NCBI GenBank assembly: GCA_002269645.1
Contig: NIVC01000986.1
Location: forward strand, 310,001 to 374,000
Length of the DNA: 64,000 nucleotides
From: Macrostomum lignano
Lineage: Eukaryota
Direction: 5' to 3'
The notes under the pieces are model-generated. The model was not told the DNA's origin. It ran no database searches and saw only the letters and a program-made list of their open reading frames with translations. Position numbers and translations under genes: made by a program. Shown piece by piece: positions 9,550 through 20,343 of the stretch (positions are counted from its first letter, which is position 1; each line of letters starts with the position of its first letter).

Positions 9550-12500
9550 CTACCCCGACCCAGTGCTTCCCTTCCTGGAGCACCGATCGATAAAAGCCGC
9601 CAAGAACCTTGCCGGCCTGCGCACAACTCGACCAGACCTGGTGGTGATAGGCGGCCTCGCAGCAACGGATTGAGACGTCTGAGAACTGACGCTCTCAGTA
9701 ACTGTAGTGGCAGGAGAATTGTCTGATTGTGGCTCCAGCTTGAGGTCACCAAGTTCCTCGCTTGGCAACTGATCTGACTCTGGCCGCGAGTGGCTCGAAT
9801 CGGTCCTCGAGACCTGCTGCTTGACCTCCTCAGTGTCTTGACCTAGCTCTCGTCGACTTTCACCACCGACTGTCACCGCTACCGACCCTGAAACCCTACT
9901 AGCGGTCGTTCCAGACGTGGCCCCTTGAGCACTGTGGGCAGGAGGCTCTTCCGATGCCGGGTTCCGCCTGCTACTAGCAGGAATCGAACTTCCCTCCTCC
10001 GACTCCTCCCAGTCTCGATCTAGAGAACGCCTCTGAACGCAGACTGTGGAGACGGACCTGTCAGTCGAGGGCTGCTGAGCCGGATTTGAAGATCGAGTCT
10101 CTCCCGGTGCGGATGCCTGTCCGAATTTGTCGATCAAATCGACGTACGCGGGCTTTCTCACACACCTTTTTAGCCTGTCGATGTTGTAAACATTGTGCCT
10201 TGGGTTCGGCATCCCGGTGTCTGACTCTGGGACAAGTCGGTAGTTTCTGTCAGAGATCTTTTCAATGATCTTGTACGGCCCCAACCACACCGCCGTGTCC
10301 AGACCCTTGTGGTCCGGGTTCAAGACCCATACAAGCTCACCTTCCTTGAATACCGAATGGTGGGTGCCCCGATCGTAGTAGCGCTTCTGGCGCTGTTGGG
10401 CTTTACCGCGAATCTGTCTGGCCAAGGTCGAGACGGACACAAGCTCGTGATATAGTTTATGGGCGAACCTGTTAGGCTGAAACTGGTCCTGCGCTGGAGA
10501 CCCATATATTAGGTCTAGAGGGAATACGAGCTCGCGCCCTAGGAATAGGCGCGCTGGCGTAAAGCCGGTGGACTCAGCTTCCGACGCTCTGACTGACATG
10601 CCAACGAGGCGGGCTGCCAGTGGCCAATTGCACTCCCTGTCCTGACACACGGCGCGGATCTGGCTCTTTATTGTCTGAATCGCCCTTTCAACCTTGCCGT
10701 TGGCTTGGGGACGGCGAGCTACGATCCGAACTTTTCCGATTTCAAGGAGGCTAGTCAGCTCCTCCAATACATGATTGATGAAAGCTGTGCCATTGTCGGA
10801 CACAATTGCTTCCATCGCCCCGTACCTGACGACCCATTCGGTCAAGATTGTTTGAGCGGTGGTTTCGGCAGTTGTATCTGGTACCGGAATTATTTCGACC
10901 CAGCTGGTGAAGCGGTCAATAAGAACCAGCAGGTACCTGTTGCCATCTTGTTCTGAGAATGGGCCTGCATGGTCCACGTGCACCACTTGGCCTGGATAGC
11001 CAGCAAGGGTGGGCTGCATCGGCTCCTTATTTTTCTTCTTGTTTTTCTTAGTTCGAGCACAAGTCTCACATTCAGAGATTATTCCTGTGACATGGGTTGT
11101 TAACGCAGTGATTTTGAAACGGTTCTTTAGTGCTTTCGTGGTTTTTGTTACCCCACTGTGATTCAGAGCTTGGTGATAATTCAAGACGACTTCATCGACG
11201 TTCGCCGTCTCGGGAACGACTAAGACAGAGCGAGAAGGCCTACCCTTTTTGGACGGTTTCTGGAGGTATAACAGGCCCTCATTTAGAGTGAGTCTCTCAA
11301 AATTTGAATACAATATTCGGACCTCACGACTGCACGACTGAAGCTCTTCGCTACTTGGCTTTCGCTCATTCTTCACAGCTTCTACTAGCCTCATGATGTC
11401 AATTGAGGACTCCTGAGCTTGCCTAGCCCAGTTTTCTTCTTGCTGATCTGACCACTCTTCATCAGACTCGGAGTTGCTTCCAGCCTCTGATCTAATAGGG
11501 TGCCCCACTGCTCGGATTGCCGGCGTTTCAGCAGGCGTTGGCAGTTCAGTTTCCGTTTGCTTTTGATCAGTATTCCCAGAGAGCGCTTCCAGCTGCTGTG
11601 GGGTCTGAGCCTCAGCCTCCTTGTGGTCGGGCGTCAAATCGCAGTTCTCATTGCTCTCCGTCTGGATAGCAACAGTGCGTGTCTGAATCTTTTTCCCTCT
11701 GGCCGCCCGTACGACTACAGACGCACTTTTGGCGTTTCCAATGAATTTTTCCTTAAACTCCGGTATGTGGCTGCATGTTGGGCAGTCGTAATGATCCGCC
11801 CGGAACTTTGGGTTCCGGCTTAGAAAATCGGCATTTGAATGTTCTTGTCCAGCCCTGTGTTTGACCTCAAAGTCGTATTCCCCCAGGCGCTCAAGAGGTG
11901 TTTGATCGATTTTGAAATCATAGGCTTCGATCGTGGCCAACCATTGGGCCAGCATGCCTGTGGCATGTCTCTTGGCGTGCAACCACTTCAACGCTGCCGC
12001 GTCAGTGCGCACGATGAAGGGATGATCAAGCAAATAGACTCTGAAGTTCTCGAGCATGATCACCACGCCCAAGAGCTCTCTCATCGTGGCACAATAATTT
12101 CGCTGCGCGGCGGTAAATTTTTTTGAAGCGTAGCTGATCACATTTTCCTGACCATCAGCACCTTGTTGCGACAAGACAGCGCCAACCCCCTCGAGGGAGC
12201 TGTCGCAGTCCAAGATAAATGACCCGGCATTCGGTGAAAAGTCCGGGTAGGCTAGGACCGGAGGTGAGCAGAGGCTTGACTTCAGCTCAGTGAATGCTTT
12301 TTGGTGCTTTTCTTGCCAGGCAAACTTCTCCGCCCCCCTTGCCAGGCTGTACAGCGGTGCGGCTATCACTGAGAACCTGGGAACAAATTTTCTGTAATAA
12401 TTACAGAAGCCTAAGAACGACAAGAGCTGCTTCTGATTACTCGGAGTTGGCCAATCGCGAACGGCATCGGTTTTCTCTGGGTCAGCTTCTATGCCTTGTC

Positions 12501-13625
12501 CGGATACCACGAACCCGAGGAACCGCACTTTGTCCTTAAACAGTTCACACTTACTAGGTTTGATTTTTAAATTTGCTTTTTGCAACCTCCACAGCACTAG
12601 CGCTAAATTAACAATCATCTGATCATTATCCCTTGCTTTCACAATGACGTCATCCAAGTAAATCAAGCTGACCTTAAGCAGCAGGGGTTGGAAGACCCGG
12701 TGCATCAACCGCGCAAAAGTTGCCGGGGCGGTCTTGATGCCGAACGGGACGACCTTCCACCTGAAGGTGCCTTGTGGGCAAGAAAAAGCAGTGAGGTCCC
12801 TGTCTTGCTCACGGATCCCGACTTGCCAGTAGGCGGATGTTAGGTCAAGACTGGAAAAGACCTGTGCCCCCGACAAGCTGTCAAACGACTCGTCAACCAG
12901 TGGTAGCGGGAAGCTACAAGGTTTGATCACTTTATTGGTCTGTCGATAATCAACGCAAAGCCTTTGACTCCCATCTTTTTTCCGCACCAACACGATTGGG
13001 GACGACCACTCGGAGTCACATTCTTCTATTACGCCACAATCCAGCAACTTGGAGATGTGCTTGTCCAGGAACTCCTTCTGTGCCGGTGTGGTCCTCCGAG
13101 AGGGCTGAAATACCGGTCGACAGGTCTGGTCTTTTAGCTCAATTGACATCTCTGTCAGCGACGTCTTTCCTAGATCGGTGTCGGACTTTGAAATTTGATT
13201 ATGGAAGAAATTTAGCAACTTTATAGTTGTTGTCAGTTGTTGGGTTGTCAGATTTGATTTTCCCAGGCGAAACTCCCCTTTGAGCCACTCTGCAGTAGCT
13301 TTATCCGGGTAAGGCAATTTTTCTAACTGTTTTCCCAACCTTTCAGCGTTATTGATCGAAAAATCACGCTCATGTAGCCGAGTGTGAGTGACAACCTCAT
13401 CAGCGCCTACATCCTGAAAAGAGGCCACTTCTTGCCCCCTTTTTATTGATATTGTCTGATCTTCACTGTTAAGCAAACGGACCAGGACATGGCGGCCTGT
13501 ACTAACACTGTCTAGGGACCTGGCCACCAGACATTCCCCATCTCCACGGAAAAGGCGCGGTCCAAGGACTCCTTGAGCCCCTGGGACCGCTTCAGCGACA
13601 CGACTTGGGACAATAGCTTCCGATC
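9550..13625 (-). CDS. pol: Gypsy Pol: spacer, RT, RNase H, integrase, S/T-rich tail
   Basis: SSPIVLVRKKDG, DLTSAYWQ, YLDD, LDCDSS, HQALNHSG...CETC, VHVDHAG...DNG...E, C-terminal TRSGRVVRRPAR. The frame is open upstream to PRSEAIVP near 13625. Confidence 0.95.
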
Positions 13626-15518
13626 GGGGGCCATTTCTAGGTCACACGCTGATGTCACCCGCCTGACGCGGTAGAGACTACTGTCACCCTCAATGATCGG
13701 AATGGCCTCTCCATCCACTGTAGCTTTACCATCGGCAATTAAGAGGTTGACCCTGAAGCTCTTGAGAAAGTCGAGACCGAGCAAGACATCAGACAGTCTT
13801 GTTTCCATGACTAAAAAGACTTGTGTCCTGGTCAGCTTTCCCAATGAAACCTCGCAACGCAAAGTGCCTAAGATTTCAGTTGACGTACCATTGAAAGCGG
13901 TAGCTGCGCGTCGCTGTGTGGACGGCTTGAAGACGTTGTTAATGGGATCAGCCTCGACTAGCTGATCCTTTACTCGGACTCCCATGACACTAGCGTTGGC
14001 ACCAGAGTCTAGGCAGGCAATGATTCGACTCTCACCGACATCCAGTTGCACGAAATAACTCGAATCGGTCTGGAACTCCGTGTCTTGCGCAGCGGACTGC
14101 TCACAATTCGGGGGCGAAGCCAACTCGCAGACGTCTAAGGCCCGATCACTAGGTTTTGCACTGTCGGCCACCCGACGAAACCTGACCCGGAGACCAACAA
14201 TTTGATGGGGTGCCGCTCTGCCCCGAAGCTCTTGATCAAGCTGCGAGACATGCACAAAAAGATTGTCTCCCATCAGCGCTGACCGAATGAACCCATGTGA
14301 CTGAAACCACTGGGTGATGACCCCGGTCTCCACTAGTTCAGCTCTTTGCTTCCCTGGCTCTCTTCCAGAGCGACCCCTGTGATTTAGCGGTGGTGGATGA
14401 GGGCAATCTGCGACCAGATGATCTGTTAACCCGCATCGATAGCATGCTCTAGGCGGTCGGCTGCTAAACTGAGCTCCCTTGCCATATGCCAATTGATGGG
14501 GCGGCGATGATTGTGTAACTCGAGTCTGCTTTGGATTGCCTACCCCGCTAACCACTGGCACTTCATTTTGAGACGCCCTGACTGATGTTTGGTTAGACTG
14601 CTCCACCAGTAGTTTTTCCAGTTCTTTAACCCTTGCTTCAAGCTCCGCAGTCTTGTCTGAACCCACAGAACGGACTTTAGCCAGCGCCGACTGCCCAGGG
14701 TTCAAGAGCTGTCGGACACCTGTAATCTCCCTGGCCTTCTTGGCCAGGTCAACAGAGGATAGCGAAGGATCTTCCCGACTGGCCAGCAGCAGCTTTTCGG
14801 CCAAGCTTCTATCTAGCAGCCCATGGCAGAACCGGGCCCGCACCAGTGGCTCAGACTCTTTGAGAGACAAGTTAGCAGCATGTGAAAGTCTTATTAGTCG
14901 ATCAAAGTATTCTTGGACATCTTCAGCATCATGTTGCTGAGCACTTGCTAGTTCCAGATAACTTTTGTCCTTCTCCGAAACATCCGTGTAGCGCAGGTCC
15001 AATGCTTTTAGTGCGACCTCAGCATCTTGCTTATGCAACTGGTTGTGAAAGCAATACTCCTGGCATTCAGGCGATAAAAGGGACAGCAAAATGGCTGACT
15101 GCTGCTCCTTGGGAATTTTGTGCGCCTCCACGTAAGTGCGAAATTGCGTTTGCCACAAGTCGAATCTCATTTTCGGCATGTAGGGTTGTGGGGGTCGGAG
15201 GCGGACATTACCACTGCCCTCAGACGCTCTTGGTGAGGTCGATGGTGCCGTTGGATTTGATGCACGATTTAAGCTATTGGCCAATACCTGGGAGAAGCTT
15301 TCTAAGAAATTCTGCATAGTAGCGGGGAGCAACGCTGCTTCAGCCGAACCAACAGCAGCTGATGCTCCATTTTCAGATTCATGAGCATTAGCTCCACCAG
15401 CAGCTGATGCTCCATTTTCAGATTCTTGAGCATTTGCTCCACCAGCATCATTATTAACAGAGCCACCATCTTCAAGACCAGCCACATTGGCTACCACTCC
15501 ATCCTCGTTATTAGACAT
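13512..15518 (-). CDS. gag: Gypsy Gag with CCHC knuckle, cold-shock domain and aspartic protease
   Basis: CYRCGLTDHLVADC (14403-14444), CSD-like TGVITQWFQSHGFI...LFVHVSQL (about 14121-14330), protease LDSGA (about 14000). One extra C in the G5 run at 13626-13630 would fuse it to pol. Confidence 0.92.
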   Translation of the reverse strand: MSNNEDGVVANVAGLEDGGSVNNDAGGANAQESENGASAAGGANAHESENGASAAVGSAEAALLPATMQNFLESFSQVLANSLNRASNPTAPSTSPRASEGSGNVRLRPPQPYMPKMRFDLWQTQFRTYVEAHKIPKEQQSAILLSLLSPECQEYCFHNQLHKQDAEVALKALDLRYTDVSEKDKSYLELASAQQHDAEDVQEYFDRLIRLSHAANLSLKESEPLVRARFCHGLLDRSLAEKLLLASREDPSLSSVDLAKKAREITGVRQLLNPGQSALAKVRSVGSDKTAELEARVKELEKLLVEQSNQTSVRASQNEVPVVSGVGNPKQTRVTQSSPPHQLAYGKGAQFSSRPPRACYRCGLTDHLVADCPHPPPLNHRGRSGREPGKQRAELVETGVITQWFQSHGFIRSALMGDNLFVHVSQLDQELRGRAAPHQIVGLRVRFRRVADSAKPSDRALDVCELASPPNCEQSAAQDTEFQTDSSYFVQLDVGESRIIACLDSGANASVMGVRVKDQLVEADPINNVFKPSTQRRAATAFNGTSTEILGTLRCEVSLGKLTRTQVFLVMETRLSDVLLGLDFLKSFRVNLLIADGKATVDGEAIPIIEGDSSLYRVRRVTSACDLEMAPDRKLLSQVVSLKRSQGLKESLDRAFSVEMGNVWWPGP

Positions 15519-16264
15519 TCCAGAGCCTAATCACCTCGCCAAGCCGAGTTTTTTGCACCAGCAATGATCGGGACGACCAACCGAACAGGTGCAAGCAGGA
15601 AAAGAAGCAAAGGGGAAAGCAACCCAGACAGCAGTTGGCGGGATCTAATCTAACCCTGACACAGACACAAACGCTATCTAAACCCGTCAACCTGGGACTA
15701 CCTCCTATTTTTAAACAGGCAAACAGACTCACCACACGCACACAGATTGGCTGACCGCTGGTGTGTAGTCGCAGTTGTCCGGCCAGTTAGACGTAACCAG
15801 CAGTTCGTTCCAAGCTGTTGCTAACACGCAGAAGCAGCTCTGTTGACGCGCCAAGGGTCAATTGGGACTGGTGTAGGCCGAGGCTGGCAGCTGTGGCCAA
15901 TTACTGTTGAGCTAGGCAGAGTGCAGGCCGCGTAGATTAATTGTCCTTGGGGTGGGTTGGCTGCGCTTGCACTGGATCCACTCGCGTTAAAGGACAGTGT
16001 AGGCTGACTAAGATTGCACTGATTCCGTTGGGCACAATTATTTGCGGCGCTCGGAGTAGCCAATTAGCCACAGAATGCGATAAGCAATGTACAGCTTGGT
16101 TGGTCTTGTGTTGCAATTGTACACGCTGGCTGGCTGGCTAGGGTTATGACTCACGATAAGAATTTTATGACAATTCCAATATTCACTTCTTGGCTGCCGC
16201 CTGGATAGCCCGGGCTTGTTGTTGACTTGTTTGGTGTTCAAACCGAACGGTAAGTAGCAGCCCG

Positions 16265-16281
16265 TCTCGGTGGGACCTCCA
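16265..16281 (-). promoter_or_regulatory. Primer-binding site complementary to the 3' end of tRNA-Gln
   Basis: Plus strand TCTCGGTGGGACCTCCA matches my recollection of the metazoan tRNA-Gln 3' end plus CCA; 6 nt from the LTR. Confidence 0.82.
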
Positions 16282-16287
16282 AAATTA

Positions 16288-16810
16288 TGTGACGATATCT
16301 GGTCCGAGTTCGCGTGCTGACGGGCTGCTATTAAAGTAGTGAGTAAACACACAGTTAGTGGTGACGATAACTGACGGCGCCGATAATTCGATTACGGATT
16401 ATGTATATTTGCAGGTTACACATGTAGTGGTTATTGCTGATGCTAACTGGTAACGAACAATTGCAGTGTCAATGGAATGGCTTCGAAGATGACCTTAGTG
16501 GGTAACACTACTAAATTGAGAGCGATCTTGAACTACTGTTTTTTTAGTGTTTACTAAAATCAATCAGCGTTTACTAAAATCAAATTACTGGCGATAGGAA
16601 CAGCAGCCGCACACCACGCTCAGTCTTCTCCGAAGCCACAGAATTCAAAATGTTAAATATAACTATTTAATGCAGTAAAACAAAGCATTGCTTACTATTT
16701 TCAATAAACATAAAAGTGAAACCAATTGATATAAATAAAGTACATATTAAATACTTTTTAGTAGATATTAATCGACGAACTGGGAGAATAAAAGAACCAC
16801 CAACGTCACA
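16288..16810 (-). repeat. 5' LTR
   Basis: 523 bp, TG...CA ends, followed on the minus strand by the PBS. Confidence 0.97.
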
Positions 16811-17178
16811 ATGCTCTCGAAAGCTGACTTCACTTCTGTAGCAGTTTTATTTTTCAGTGCCTTGGCCCAAGCACACTTTGACAGTACGTCAATACATGTA
16901 AGAATATATTTGTAGCCTTTATTATACTTTGCGAATGGAATCATTTCTACCAAGTCAAGTTCCCACTGATCATCGATAGCCCGCACTATGATTGGGGCCC
17001 TTGGATATCGCCTTCTAGCTGGCTTGTGTAGGGTGTGCACTGGCTGCTCACTGAGCCACTGATCTATGCACTTAGTGGATATGCGATCTCCTCTTCTCCT
17101 AACTTCATTCAACAGTTTGGAAGCACTAGAAAAACTAGCCGGCTGTTGTGGGTCAAAGTAAATTTTTTCTATCCTCAA
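16811..17178 (-). pseudogene. int: Maverick A integrase, 5' part
   Basis: YFDPQQPASFSS...TLHKPARR...DQWELDL...LTCIDVLSK. Removing 8208-16814 restores the in-frame AFESILRSSKRQP. No in-frame ATG found upstream of the TTG at 17178. Confidence 0.92.
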
Positions 17179-17541
17179 ATGAAAAAGAACCAGATGTACA
17201 CAGGTATGTTTTTCTTAAGAACAACGATTGGCGTTTTAAAAGACAGGTTTTATTCCAATATTAAACTCATACAGCGTACACTCATTATATTTTTTTTTAA
17301 TTAGGGACTGCGAACAGTTGGTGACCTTAAAAAGAAGATTGCAGGAAATAGTAACACTGAGTAGTGCAAATAAGTATAAATTGCATGCATTTAAGTATAA
17401 ACTTGGTTTGTTAACACCTGAATAAATAAGACTAAACGGTTACGACAATTGTCAAAACTTAACTTAGCTGAATAAAATTAGACAAAGGCAAACCAAACTG
17501 AATTATCCTTTGAGTCTCATCAGTCTCATCCAACCTCCAGC

Positions 17542-18273
17542 TCAGTCTTCAAAACGCAGCTTAGACACCTTCATTGTCTCCTGCCTGCGCAGAGGATACG
17601 GCAGTTTCCGCTTTCGATTGTTCTCCACCTCAGCGGCATGAGCCCGGAATCGGTACCACACCGGATCCTGCTGTAGGTCCGTGTCCTCCGCCGGGATGTT
17701 CCCAGTCGATGTGCCGGCTCTGGCCAAAGGTGTGGAAGTCACAGCCTCGATGTCGGTTGTCAGCTCCGATGGTGAGCCGACCTCCTCCTCGCCTTCAGCA
17801 GCCTCAGTCTTGACCGGCAGTATGAGGGTGGCGTCTTCGTCCTCATCTTCGGATGAGCTCAGCTCGTACTTCGCCCCCGCACCTTGGTAGGGCTCTGATA
17901 GCTGCTGGTCTATCCAGTCCGAAGTCTGCCACAGCTTCTGCCAGAGCCTCGGAGACAGCGGCACGGTGTTGCGCTTCATAAATTCATCACAGCAGTCCTC
18001 AGGCAGCCGCTTCAGCCAGATGAGGCCATCCTTGACTTGAACAAATTTGTCGAAGCCCAGCTTGATGACCTTGAGCTCGTTGTTCAGAGCCGACTTCACC
18101 AGGGAGCGCTTTAACTCCTTTAGCTTCGTCCACTGCTGCACATTCAAGTTGAAACCAGGAACACCAGGCTTGAGGCTTGCTGTGCTGCCATGTCGGTAAA
18201 ACTTCCTGATCGCGATGTATTTCTGGCCTTCGAATTCTTGCACCTGCACTCTGTAACCTTCACTAATATCCAT
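17542..18273 (-). CDS. Protein with two PC4/Sub1-like ssDNA-binding domains and an acidic tail
   Basis: YRVQVQEFEGQKYIAIRKFY...KPGVPGFNLNVQQWTKLKE, then a degenerate copy FVQVKDGLIWLKR...VPLSPRLWQKL. Confidence 0.8.
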   Translation of the reverse strand: MDISEGYRVQVQEFEGQKYIAIRKFYRHGSTASLKPGVPGFNLNVQQWTKLKELKRSLVKSALNNELKVIKLGFDKFVQVKDGLIWLKRLPEDCCDEFMKRNTVPLSPRLWQKLWQTSDWIDQQLSEPYQGAGAKYELSSSEDEDEDATLILPVKTEAAEGEEEVGSPSELTTDIEAVTSTPLARAGTSTGNIPAEDTDLQQDPVWYRFRAHAAEVENNRKRKLPYPLRRQETMKVSKLRFED

Positions 18274-18511
18274 AGTTCACACAAAATCACTTCGAAAACT
18301 TGTGAAATCGAATTCAAGAAAAAAATAGATTTACCGTTGAATTTAAAAAACGGGGGCTTATATACCCTCAAAGCGGAGTGGGGTGGGTGTCAGAATGAGC
18401 ACCCACCCCTTTTTTGCTTATTCGGCATCAAGCAGCGGCTGCTCGTCGGCATCAGCCACACAACCCGTTACAAAGTTTATTGCTCATTTATTAACAATGC
18501 CAGTGCGCCTT

Positions 18512-18760
18512 GAGCCCACCTCTCTGTCCCTGCACATTAAAGTGCGGCAGAGTTGAACAACTGTTTTTTTTTAGAGCTCACCTCTCTGTCCCTGCACAGT
18601 GAAAGTGTGGCAGAGTTGAACAACTGTTTTTTAGAGCTCACCTCTCTGTCCCTGCACAGTGAAAGTGCGGCAGAGTTGAACAACTGTTTTTTAGAGCTCA
18701 CCTCTCTGTCCCTGCACAGTGAAAGTGCGGCAGAGTTGAACAACTGTTTTAGAGCTCACC
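18512..18760. repeat. About 60-bp tandem repeat (4 units) in the Maverick A terminal region
   Basis: Units GAGCTCACCTCTCTGTCCCTGCACAGTGAAAGTGCGGCAGAGTTGAACAACTGTTTTTTA at 18512, 18574, 18634, 18694; partial at 18752. Confidence 0.93.
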
Positions 18761-19266
18761 AACCTCACCTCCACTTCAAACCCCACCCTTTCCACTCAAG
18801 CCCCCGCACCCGTTACAAAGTTTATTGCCCATTTATTAAAATTGCTAGAGGCAGACATTCAAGAAGACCAGAGCCTCTCTCTTATCTATTTCACTCCGCA
18901 CTGACAAATAGTGCGGCAGAGTTGCATAGGCATGCTATAGGATAAGCACAGTGGGGGACGCCGAGGAGTTGCGTAGACCAGGCACAAAATTGAGGTGGAA
19001 GTTTCCACGCCACGCCTACCTTGTTTTAATTTGTTTACTCTGCTATTCCAAAAACCTTCCAATTCTTTGCTTTGCTACCTGCCCCTCCCAGTGCGGCAGA
19101 GTTGCATAAGCGTTTCACCAACCGCGCCGCCCAGCCAATCACACCCACCCCACGCCCTTATTTCCATTGGCTATCTCAGCTGGCTCTTTTACGCCCTCCT
19201 ATCCTTTTACATTACCGCCTATCTCCGCAGTGCAAGTGCGGCAGAGTTGCATAAACTCATACTACT

Positions 19267-19895
19267 GTCTTGCCATAACTGACAGAGAGCACAACCCCCT
19301 TCGGGTGGCGTTGAAAGGCTGAGACGGAGATCGGTGAAGCGGACTGCTGACTGGGCAGGAGACTGGAGCGCCGAAACATCCCCCACCAAGCAATAAACGT
19401 CACAAGCCAGCAGACTCTGTCAAGCGAACTGCTCGAGTTAAGCCGGTTTTTCACAGACAGCAGCATCGCAGGCGAAATCGGCAGCTTCCGTCTTGGTCGC
19501 TGGCCCATCCTCCGTTTAGCGCCGCGAACGAGCAGTGAGACCAGGTGGTGTTTTGTTAGGTCCTCAGCACCACATGCTTTGAACCAGCTGGACAGTGCAC
19601 TGACATGGACACGCAGACTGTTGAACGATCTCAGGCGGCATTCGACTAGGTGAGCCAGGTAGTTGAGTAGCACCGACCGGTCGGATCGAGCCGGGTTGGT
19701 CCCGTTCTCGTTGCAGAAGCTGTGCCAGGACCGGACGGCCGATGAGATCGCCCTGCGTGACTGCGGTGCGTATGCTGCGGCGAGGAGGCTGGAGGCGGCG
19801 GCGCCGAGGGTCGGCGTTGCAAGGAGGCGGCCTGTGAAAATAAAAAACGGGAGGCAAAAACAGAAAACGCGTGATTCGAAAACTCCACAGGACAA
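19267..19895 (-). pseudogene. DIRS tyrosine recombinase, N-terminal and first catalytic part, cut by Maverick A
   Basis: AYAPQSRRAISSAVRSWHSFC...LRVHVSAL...RKLPIS...WWGMFRRSSL...SYGKT, then the reading frame enters the AGTAGT terminus and stops. Confidence 0.85.
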
Positions 19896-20341
19896 ACTGG
19901 TACAGACCCGTAAACACGGAAAATAAAATTCAGCAACTCATGACGCGAGTGCAGGCGGGACCCTGCATCAGCAAACAGCTGATAGGCACCAGGAACGTGA
20001 AAGACCTCAAATTCAACGTCAAAACGCAAACAGAGCAACGCCACAGACTGCAGCAACCACATCAGACGCGAGTCCTTGGAGACACCTCGCTTTATAATCC
20101 AACACGCCGTCTCATTGTCGCAGTACACAGCAAGCCGACAACCAGCCAAGGATTGGCCCCATCTCAAAACAGCCAGCAATATAACCACAGCCTCCTTGTA
20201 ATTGATGCAGTAATTCTGAAAAACACCATTTGCGTCGATCTGCCAGTCAATAAAGCACCAATCACGAATCCCATCACCATCACGGAGCACCGCCGCGGCG
20301 CCTGAAGACGACGAGTCAGTCTCTATGGCAACACAAGCCAT
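19646..20341 (-). pseudogene. DIRS-type RNase H domain
   Basis: ETDSSSSG, INYKEAVVI, VYCDNETA, HVPGAYQLFADAGSR. Confidence 0.88.
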
Positions 20342-20343
20342 TC

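Larger units (their letters stand above)
8208..16810 (-). mobile_element. Full-length Ty3/Gypsy LTR retrotransposon
   Basis: 523-bp LTRs (TGTGACG...CGTCACA), 4-bp TSD ATGC (8204-8207 and 16811-16814), PBS, PPT, and gag-pro-RT-RH-IN domain order. Confidence 0.97.
1..19266. mobile_element. Maverick/Polinton A; left end lies outside the window
   Basis: Full core gene set (pPolB, ATPase, protease, MCP, minor capsid, integrase). Ends in ...CATACTACT at 19266, the typical AGTAGT terminus on the minus strand. Next 6 bp GTCTTG are the expected TSD but cannot be confirmed. Confidence 0.93.
19267..20343 (-). mobile_element. DIRS/Ngaro-type tyrosine-recombinase retrotransposon fragment
   Basis: Overlapping RNase H and YR ORFs, the usual DIRS arrangement; truncated at both ends by Maverick sequence. 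Confidence 0.88.

Noticed and set aside
9005-9673. env-like third ORF in the Gypsy element
   Set aside because: The ORFs derive from the 29-bp repeat and low-complexity sequence; no signal peptide, furin site or TM anchor architecture.
13620-13640. Programmed -1 frameshift between gag-pro and pol
   Set aside because: No X XXY YYZ slippery heptamer; one extra C restores the typical PRSEAIVP sequence, so an indel is more likely.
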